From: Planctomycetota bacterium
GTDB lineage: Bacteria; Planctomycetota; UBA8108; SXIK01
Assembly (NCBI GenBank): GCA_965223845.1
Contig: CBDCXR010000004.1
Coordinates: 4,000,001 to 4,064,000 of the forward strand
DNA length: 64,000 nt
Reading direction: 5' to 3'
Below the pieces are notes generated by a model. It searched no databases, was not told where the DNA came from, and saw nothing but the letters and a program-made list of their open reading frames with translations. How positions within the stretch are numbered: position 1 is the first letter of the stretch; the number at the start of each line of letters is the position of its first letter. A program made the position numbers and the translations under genes. Below, piece after piece: positions 10,403 through 17,702 of the stretch.

Positions 10403-13400
10403 GCGACTCTCCCAGAAAGAGGAAGACGGCGTTCGAGTCGACGAACTGGCGCACACGATTCGCCTCGATCGGAATCGCGGCGCGACTGAAGAACTGGCCG
10501 GTCGGGCTGTACGCGAGATTCGTGACGATCGGGAGCAGCTTGCCTCGGTCCTCGACGAGCAGAAACGCTCGCCGCGAGTTCCGGTCGACGATCCGGCGAA
10601 TCCGGTAGTGGGGCCACAGCTGCTGGATCGCCCGGAGGGCATTGATGTCCTGCGTACTCTGATAGAGACGGAGAAGATTGACGAGGCGGTCGGGGAGGGC
10701 GTCGGGCTGCTCGTGAATGTCTTCCACGCGGAGGAGGTCGTGAAGCAGCTCCTCGCGCGTCTCGATCCCGAGCGCGAAACAGTGGGCTGACTGGGAGTTG
10801 CCGTCCGCGACCTGTCGATAGCTCAGTCGAACGAAAGGCGAGAGCCAGAGGCCGACGAATTCCTTCCACTGCGTGCTCGAGAGGTACCGCGCCTGCGCGG
10901 AAGCTCGAAGCTCGTACCCTTCCGTAGAGGGCTCACCCGCGACGAACTCGACGTGAGTGCGGTCGTTGTAGAGAACGCTGAGGAGCTCGTTCCCGAGCGG
11001 ACTCACCTGCGATTCATTCGCCGTTCCGTCGGCGAACGCGAGCAGGGCGTCGGCCTGCGGCGAGGGACCGTCGAGGCGAAAACCGAACGCGCGGACCTGC
11101 ACGACGAGCAGACTCTCCGCGGCCAATTCGCGCAGCGCGACTTGGTGGACGAGGTTGTAGAGGCTCTTCGGGAATCGCGGAGAGTTGACGTTAGACGAGC
11201 CATCCGCGTTCGCGTGGGGGTGCGCACCGGCGACGAGTAGCATGCGCGCCTCGAGCTTCTCAAAGAGAGCGACGCCGTATTCGAAGGTATTCCGTTCCGC
11301 GAGCGGGTGCGGAATCTCGATGATGAACGGACGCGACGGCCCGAGGCGAAATACGTACGTGCCCCAGTACTTGCGCTCGCTCGCGGCGCTTTTCGCCTCG
11401 TCGAGCACGACGTACTCCCGCCCGGAATCGCGATCACGGTAGCGGGCGACGCCGTAGCCGAGCGCAGCAGCCGAAGCGTGCACGGCCCTCAGGTCGTCCT
11501 GATCGGCATGGTTCGATGGGGCCGCGTCGACTGGATCCGAACCGTCCGCCGCGTGTCGCGTCGACTCGACGACCTGAACGAGGGGCGCGACCACTTCTTC
11601 ATCGAAAAAGAGAAGCGCCTCGTCCGGAGGTAGCTGATAGAGCTCGGACCCGGCTCCGGCGATGCTGCCTTTTCGCTCGAGAATCTGCTCGCGGAGAAAG
11701 CCGTCGATTCGCTGGTAGCGGTCGGTCGTCTCGAAGCCTTCCAGCCCCAAGCGGAAGCGAGCCAGAAGCCGCTTCTGATCGAGGCGAGACACGAAGAGCT
11801 CCGCGAAGCCCGCGGCCGCGTCTCGGCGCACGATGTTGTCTCCCGCGTAGCCCGACCAGACGACGTCGAGATGATCGAGGTGCCCATCGAGTTCGCGGAG
11901 CTTCAGATCGCGGGGGATTCGCTTCTTCACCCAGAGGCTAGACACGGCAGTCGCGTCCGGATCGTTCAGCTCTGCCGAGCGAGACCCGCGGACCTGCAGG
12001 ACGTTTCCACGACCGAGCACGCTCTGAAAGACGCGAAACGAACTGCTCCGGGCACGCATCACATCGTTCGGATGAAGCGTCTCTCCCCTACCGATCGCCG
12101 TAGACACGAGCAGGACGCGAGCACCCAGCGCGCGGAAGAGGAATGCTCCGGCTTCGAGCGTCCAGCCCTCGACGAGAGGCCGCGGGACCTGAATCGTGAG
12201 CTCGTTCGTCGCGAACAAATCGATCACGAAGATGCCCCAGCCCTGGCCCGCGCCGCGTTCTCGTACGTAGAGATATCGATCCTCGACACGGCGTGTCTCG
12301 AACCCGATGCGGTGAAACTGCTCTCGTGTTCGCGCGAGAGCAGAGTCGTCCTCGGATTGGAGCGCGGACCGGAGAAGGTCGACGGCGATCGTCAGCTCAC
12401 TCGCGGGCGGTGGTCCGGGTCGCGAGCGCGTCTCCGCCGAACGCTGGCGATAGATCACGATCTTGTCGTCGCGGAGACGCTCGACGAGAGTGCTCTTCTC
12501 GCTCTCGTCCAGATCGGACCAGGCGTGCACCTCACGACTACTCGAGTACGTCGGAATGAACGTGAGCGCGAAGCCGACGCACCCGGACAGCGCGGCGGCC
12601 ATGATCGACACCTGCAGTGTCGTCCGGCTGAGACGCGCGGCGATCCCCTTGTCGTGCATCTTCACGGCCATCAGCGTCGGAAGAAGGTAGCCGAAGCCGA
12701 AAAGATCGGTCGGCTGGACCGCGAGATCGAGACCGTTCGCGAGGTGTCCGAGCGTGAGTTTGTAGAGAAAGGACAGGTTGAAAAAGAGGAGGAGCTTCCG
12801 CGCTCCTTCGATATTCGCTTCCCGGAGAGCCGGCAGTTTGAGGACGAGGATCGCGGCAAAAAGGATCACCCAAGCCTCCGTGAACGACGTCAGAATCTTG
12901 ATGGGGTCGTACCACTGGAGCGCGAGCAGCGACGGTATCAGAATGCCGTTGAAGTCCCACGCGTAGAGTAGGTTCATCCACGATGCGAGGTAAGCCGCGG
13001 TGATGAGGACGATATAGGCCTTGGGGCTCGCGAGGATCGACGCCGAGATGTCCTCGTACATGTACTCGAGGCTCGCGACTCCGAAGTTCGTCACGCGCAT
13101 GAGCACAAACCGGACGACAACGTAGGTGAGCGCGAGCGTGAAGGCCAAGGGACCGATTCCGCGCCGGAGCCCCGGCTTCCACAGTTGGTTCGCGATGAGG
13201 GAGACGACGATGAGTCCGAAGCTGTGGAGGCGATTGACCGCGTCGAATTCGATGCCGAGGTCGTTCGTGACGTAGTCTCCGATTCGAGGGAGGAGATAGC
13301 CGTCGAGCCCGACGCGGACGACCGTGCTGCAGAGAACGAGCGCGAAGAACCGATCCCGCCCGAAGAGCGCCGACCACCAGCCGAAGCGCGAGCAGCGTTC

Positions 13401-13628
13401 GGAGAGAAACCAGACGATCCCGTACGTCAGGATCCCCTCGACGAGCACGACCGCGGCTCCCCACGGCCGCGCGATCATCAGCGGCACCAGGTAGCCGGGG
13501 ACGACCAGTCCGGAGTACGTCCAACCGAGTCGCAGGTTGAACAGAGAGATGATCCACACGCCGACCCAAACCGTCGTCACGACGGATTCCTTCAGGCTCC
13601 CCTCGGGAAAGATCGGCAGCTCCCACAT
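10392..13628 (-). CDS. pgsC: Poly-gamma-glutamate biosynthesis PgsC/CapC-domain fusion protein (two PgsC domains plus two hydrolase-like domains)
   Basis: SGLVVPGYLVP, LFGRDRFFAL and FGLIVVSLIANQLWKPG match the PgsC/CapC signatures GLVVPGYL, LYGRRKFAA and GIIVPGLIANTIQKQG. A second copy reads NGILIPSLLAL, IEGARKLLL, FGYLLPTLMAVKMHDKG. A ~700-aa soluble C-terminus follows. Confidence 0.8.
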   Translation of the reverse strand: MWELPIFPEGSLKESVVTTVWVGVWIISLFNLRLGWTYSGLVVPGYLVPLMIARPWGAAVVLVEGILTYGIVWFLSERCSRFGWWSALFGRDRFFALVLCSTVVRVGLDGYLLPRIGDYVTNDLGIEFDAVNRLHSFGLIVVSLIANQLWKPGLRRGIGPLAFTLALTYVVVRFVLMRVTNFGVASLEYMYEDISASILASPKAYIVLITAAYLASWMNLLYAWDFNGILIPSLLALQWYDPIKILTSFTEAWVILFAAILVLKLPALREANIEGARKLLLFFNLSFLYKLTLGHLANGLDLAVQPTDLFGFGYLLPTLMAVKMHDKGIAARLSRTTLQVSIMAAALSGCVGFALTFIPTYSSSREVHAWSDLDESEKSTLVERLRDDKIVIYRQRSAETRSRPGPPPASELTIAVDLLRSALQSEDDSALARTREQFHRIGFETRRVEDRYLYVRERGAGQGWGIFVIDLFATNELTIQVPRPLVEGWTLEAGAFLFRALGARVLLVSTAIGRGETLHPNDVMRARSSSFRVFQSVLGRGNVLQVRGSRSAELNDPDATAVSSLWVKKRIPRDLKLRELDGHLDHLDVVWSGYAGDNIVRRDAAAGFAELFVSRLDQKRLLARFRLGLEGFETTDRYQRIDGFLREQILERKGSIAGAGSELYQLPPDEALLFFDEEVVAPLVQVVESTRHAADGSDPVDAAPSNHADQDDLRAVHASAAALGYGVARYRDRDSGREYVVLDEAKSAASERKYWGTYVFRLGPSRPFIIEIPHPLAERNTFEYGVALFEKLEARMLLVAGAHPHANADGSSNVNSPRFPKSLYNLVHQVALRELAAESLLVVQVRAFGFRLDGPSPQADALLAFADGTANESQVSPLGNELLSVLYNDRTHVEFVAGEPSTEGYELRASAQARYLSSTQWKEFVGLWLSPFVRLSYRQVADGNSQSAHCFALGIETREELLHDLLRVEDIHEQPDALPDRLVNLLRLYQSTQDINALRAIQQLWPHYRIRRIVDRNSRRAFLLVEDRGKLLPIVTNLAYSPTGQFFSRAAIPIEANRVRQFVDSNAVFLFLGESHED

Positions 13629-13631
13629 CGC

Positions 13632-14156
13632 TCAGCTGACTCCGCGCGAGGATGATCGAGCGCTCGCAGCGCCCTCCGCGGTAGCCGCGACCTCCTCGTC
13701 GTCGCCGGTGGATCTCTCGCCGGCGGAGCGATCGTCGTTCGCTCTCTCTTCCTGAGAACGGCTCGCGCGCGCCGCCACCGAGCGTTCCGCCACCGCCTGA
13801 ATCCGCTCGCAGAGCACGGTCAAACTGACCGGTTTGACGACGACTTCCGTCGCGCCGACGAGAAGCGCCCGGGTTTGAAACTGAGCGTCGTCTTCGGCGG
13901 CGAGCAGGATGGCCGGCGTGGGTAAGTTCGCCTCCTTGCGCATCCACTCGATGAAGGAGAGGCCGTCGAGCACCGGCATCAGCAGATCGACAACGACCGC
14001 GTCGAGCTCCTCCTCGCGGGCGAGGCGCTGCGCGGCGTCGAGGTCGGCGCCGCTCAGCACCTCGAACCCCTGGAGCTCGAGGCCGTACGTGACGAGTTGT
14101 CGGTACTCCAGATCGTCCGCGACGACTTGGACGCGAACCGGAAGAGAATCAGACAT
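13632..14156 (-). CDS. Single-domain response regulator (receiver) with a disordered C-terminal tail
   Basis: VQVVADD…VVVDLLMPVLDG…VVKP receiver motifs. Probable start is the ATG at 14156 (the track ORF starts at 14213). It ends 3 bp before pgsC. Confidence 0.9.
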   Translation of the reverse strand: MSDSLPVRVQVVADDLEYRQLVTYGLELQGFEVLSGADLDAAQRLAREEELDAVVVDLLMPVLDGLSFIEWMRKEANLPTPAILLAAEDDAQFQTRALLVGATEVVVKPVSLTVLCERIQAVAERSVAARASRSQEERANDDRSAGERSTGDDEEVAATAEGAASARSSSRGVS

Positions 14157-14621
14157 GAATTGTCCGAGTTCGGGGGGGCTTTCGCGGTGGAGAAACGCGC
14201 CGCTTCGGGACATACCGGCGGCCGCTCGCTCGGATCACCACCGGTCGCCGTGCACGGAGCCGGCAGGCGATGCGACGCTCAGCGCGTACGGCTCCGACGC
14301 GGCCAACAGGCCAGCGAAACCGGCGCGGAGCTCGCGCGCCACGGCGACACGACCGAGTCCGATGAGAGACCCGAGAGTCAGCTCGCTCGACGACCCGGCG
14401 CGGCCGCTTCAGAGTCTGGGTGGGGATCGTTCGCGAAGGCCCGATCCGAGTGAACCGAGAGTGCGCGGACTCTCTCTTCGTCGGCACAAAGGACGCAGAC
14501 AGCGAAGCGCGTTGGTGCCATCTCGGAACTCCGCCGACGGACCTCCCGATCCAATCCGCGAAACGTGCTTCACCTCGCTTCGCGAAGCGCCCCGGAACCC
14601 GAGTCCGGACTCTGCCCGAGT

Positions 14622-17315
14622 TCAGATAAATCTCGCGAGGCGGATCGTCAGCCGAATGCCGGATCCCACTTCGCTGTCCCCGTCGATCGAACCGCCCCAG
14701 CTCTCGAGCCACCGCGCCGCATCGCGGAGAGCCTGAAACTCCTCCGATCCGTGCGCATCGCCGAAGAGGTAGCCGCGGAGCACGTCCGCCGGGATTCCAA
14801 ATCCGTGATTGCGAAACTGAAGCTCGACCTCGTGCTCGGACTCTCCGATGACGGCTTCAATCTGGGACCCCTCGGCGGCGTCGGCGTAGAGTGTGTATAC
14901 AACCGCAGTCAGCATCTGTTCGAGACGATCGGTCGCGGCGAGGACGTAGCTGACGACGTACGGCTGTCGAAGCTGCAGCGAAACTCCCTTCTGAAGGAGC
15001 ATTTCCGCGGTCGACTCGACGACGTTCGCCATCACCCGCTGGGGATCGACGGGAAACCGTTCCACGTCGGCGAGCTCTGCGTCCCAATGGAGATACTGCT
15101 TGCACTCTGCGAGCGCCTGGACGGAGTGCTCGACCTTCGAGTGAATGACGTCCGCGATCGGTTGGCACTTCCGGCCGGAGACTTCGCCCGTGCCCAGGAT
15201 CGACGACGCCATCTCGATGGCCGAAAGATCGTCGCGGATCCGAAGACTCAAGCGGTCGGCCAGACGGGAGCGCATTTCGGTCAGGCGAGTCATCGACGTC
15301 ACGTCGACCAGCTCGCACAGAACGGTTTTCGAAACGATGGTGTCCGCCGCCTGCCCCGACTCGCGTCGATCCGCGATGAGCGGCTTCAGATGGAGCATCC
15401 AACAGTGATCCGGCGTCGACTGGAGGGTCACGGGAAACGACACCGAGTGGTTGTCGAGAATCACGTGGCGGAGGATTCGGCGCGACCCGGCGATGTCGTG
15501 ATCGCTCAGCGCGAGAACCAAATCGAGCGCCGTCATCTCGTGAGGAGACAGACGTTCTTTCTTGAGCGTCGCGACGAGGAAGTCGTTTACCTGAAGCACG
15601 CGACCGAACACATCGTAGATCACGATCCCGGTCGTCACGCGGTTGAGAACCGCCTCGAGCACGGACAAGCGGTGATGGAGGAGACTCAGGGTCGCCCGCA
15701 GCGAGCGAAAATCCGACCCTCTCGTGTGGGCGATGCTCCCTCGCCGACCGTCGTCCTCGCTGTCGCTCTGGCGCCGCTGGATGTGGTAGAGCAGCTCGCT
15801 CAAACGTCGCCCAAAGTCGACGACGATGCGGTGGAAACGCTGAACCGAGGCTGCCTTAGCGGTGTCGACGGAAAACGCCCAGAATCCGAGCAACTGACCG
15901 CAGAAGCTCAGGGCGCAGATGTACTGTTCCTCTTCGGCTCCGCCTCGTCGAAAGAAGCGCTCGACTCGAATCGGCTCTTTGGCGGCGATCGCGTCGGTGT
16001 ACGGGGAGCGCTGGATGTCGCGGCGCTCCTCGGCGAGGTCATCCTCAGTGCAGTGGAACGAACAGGTCGCTCGAACGCGAGCGCGCCGCGTTCCGAGCTC
16101 GAAAACGATCATCCGATTGAGATCGAGCGTCTGGTGGATCATGTGCATCACGAGGTCCCACGGGGTGGACGACTCGTAGAGATGCGCCGGCCAATACTTG
16201 TCGCGGAGTTGGCTCCGTGAGTCGGAAGTGATCGAGCGCAGCTCTCTCGCGGATTCACCGACTCGGACCACGAGGAGGCAGAGGAGCGCGCCGCCTTGGC
16301 AGAGTACGATTTCCGTCGTGGGAATCCACAGGTCCCACCCGAGAAACGCGACGACGACGAGGGCGATTTCACCGCCGGCCGCGATCAGACTCGGCACGAG
16401 GGGGACGCGACGCGTCGCTTGACGTACGAGGAGAAACGGGACCATTCCCAGCACGATGACGAGGAGGATCCGTGAGAGGGGGGAGATCAGAACGAGACGG
16501 CGATCGCCGAGGAGAGTCGTCAGCGCATGTCCTTGGTATTCGAGCATCGTCATCCGACGCGAATCGGATGTCGTCGACGTGAACAGTCGAGCGTCCGTCT
16601 GCCGGTAGGTCGCGCCGACGAGTGCGATCCGTCCTCGGACGAGTGGCTCGACGAGATCGCCGGCGAGAATGCGCGTTGCGGTGATCGTCGGGAGGCTGTT
16701 GACTCCACCGACGAAGTCGACCCGGTAGACGCTCTCCGGCTCGCTCTCCGCTAGACGACCCTCCCGGCGCGCGACGACCCACTCGAGCGCGGGAAGCGCT
16801 CTTCCCGCGACGGAGGCCTCGCCCCACTGCTCGCGGTGAATCCCGCCCACTGCGGGCGGAAGACGCACGACGCCGACTCTCTCCTCGAGCTCGTAGCGCG
16901 CGATGACTTCGGGTAGGTCCTCGGCGACGAGGATGGCCGGCTCGACAGCGTCCGGGTAAACGGCACGCCCGAACACGATCGGCGACTCACGTGCGGTGCT
17001 GTAAAGCTCTAGCCAGTCCGCCGGCGGCACGAAATTGAAGACGATCTGCCGCGCGCCGAGCTCTCGCAGCCGATTGACCACATCGAGAACGCGCTCTTCC
17101 GAATTCGCGGCGCCGTGCTGGTCGAGCTCCACGATCAGCACCCGCGACTCGACGTCTCGCGCTCGACTGCGCAGCTTCATCAACGCGTCGTAGAGGATGC
17201 CGTCCGGCGCATCGAACACGCCGGCGACTCCGAGCAGGCAGAGCACTAGCGCGAGCGCGGGGCCGACGCTCAACCCGAGCAGAGGCCCTCCACCGACGCC
17301 AGACCCGAGCTTCAT
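14622..17315 (-). CDS. CHASE2-domain membrane sensor with GAF/PAS-like domains and a degenerate histidine-kinase module
   Basis: N-terminal TM; CHASE2 motifs (YDAL…VLIVELD…LGARQIVFNF…GRIALVGAT…EYQGHALTTLL); three TMs; PAS-like GIVIYDVFGRVLQVN; HATPase-like end (FRNHGFGIP…WGGSIDGDSEVGSGIRLTIRL). Probable start is the ATG at 17315. Confidence 0.8.
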   Translation of the reverse strand: MKLGSGVGGGPLLGLSVGPALALVLCLLGVAGVFDAPDGILYDALMKLRSRARDVESRVLIVELDQHGAANSEERVLDVVNRLRELGARQIVFNFVPPADWLELYSTARESPIVFGRAVYPDAVEPAILVAEDLPEVIARYELEERVGVVRLPPAVGGIHREQWGEASVAGRALPALEWVVARREGRLAESEPESVYRVDFVGGVNSLPTITATRILAGDLVEPLVRGRIALVGATYRQTDARLFTSTTSDSRRMTMLEYQGHALTTLLGDRRLVLISPLSRILLVIVLGMVPFLLVRQATRRVPLVPSLIAAGGEIALVVVAFLGWDLWIPTTEIVLCQGGALLCLLVVRVGESARELRSITSDSRSQLRDKYWPAHLYESSTPWDLVMHMIHQTLDLNRMIVFELGTRRARVRATCSFHCTEDDLAEERRDIQRSPYTDAIAAKEPIRVERFFRRGGAEEEQYICALSFCGQLLGFWAFSVDTAKAASVQRFHRIVVDFGRRLSELLYHIQRRQSDSEDDGRRGSIAHTRGSDFRSLRATLSLLHHRLSVLEAVLNRVTTGIVIYDVFGRVLQVNDFLVATLKKERLSPHEMTALDLVLALSDHDIAGSRRILRHVILDNHSVSFPVTLQSTPDHCWMLHLKPLIADRRESGQAADTIVSKTVLCELVDVTSMTRLTEMRSRLADRLSLRIRDDLSAIEMASSILGTGEVSGRKCQPIADVIHSKVEHSVQALAECKQYLHWDAELADVERFPVDPQRVMANVVESTAEMLLQKGVSLQLRQPYVVSYVLAATDRLEQMLTAVVYTLYADAAEGSQIEAVIGESEHEVELQFRNHGFGIPADVLRGYLFGDAHGSEEFQALRDAARWLESWGGSIDGDSEVGSGIRLTIRLARFI

Positions 17316-17702
17316 TCCGCTTCGTCTCCGCTTGTTGCCGCGTTTCGGAACTAGCCGTCCGTTGAAGATCTTTCGGCCGAGAACTCGACTCGTTCTCGCC
17401 CAGCCGGCTGCGTCGATCTTCGAGAACTGTGGAGATGGACTGCGTTCGCCGCAGCCAGGCGAAACGCGTACGAGCAAGTTCTCGATGCGAAGCAACTTTC
17501 AACGGGCTGCTCACTGCACCTTCTTTCTATCTCGGCCGGTTTCCTCTCGATCCGCCGGTGTCTGCGAGCAAAAGCACCGACGACGCTTTCCGATAAGGAC
17601 CCCGGATAGGTTCCGGCTCAGTTGCCGCGTTCCCCGGCGAAGGTATACTTCCGAGCCCATCTTTGCGTCTCGCCGCGACATCTCCCGTCCAACGGACCAG
17701 CG

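Noticed and set aside
14505-14520. TGGCAC on the minus strand upstream of the receiver gene as a sigma54 promoter
   Set aside because: The GC follows at N9 rather than the strict N10 spacing, and there is no TTGC.
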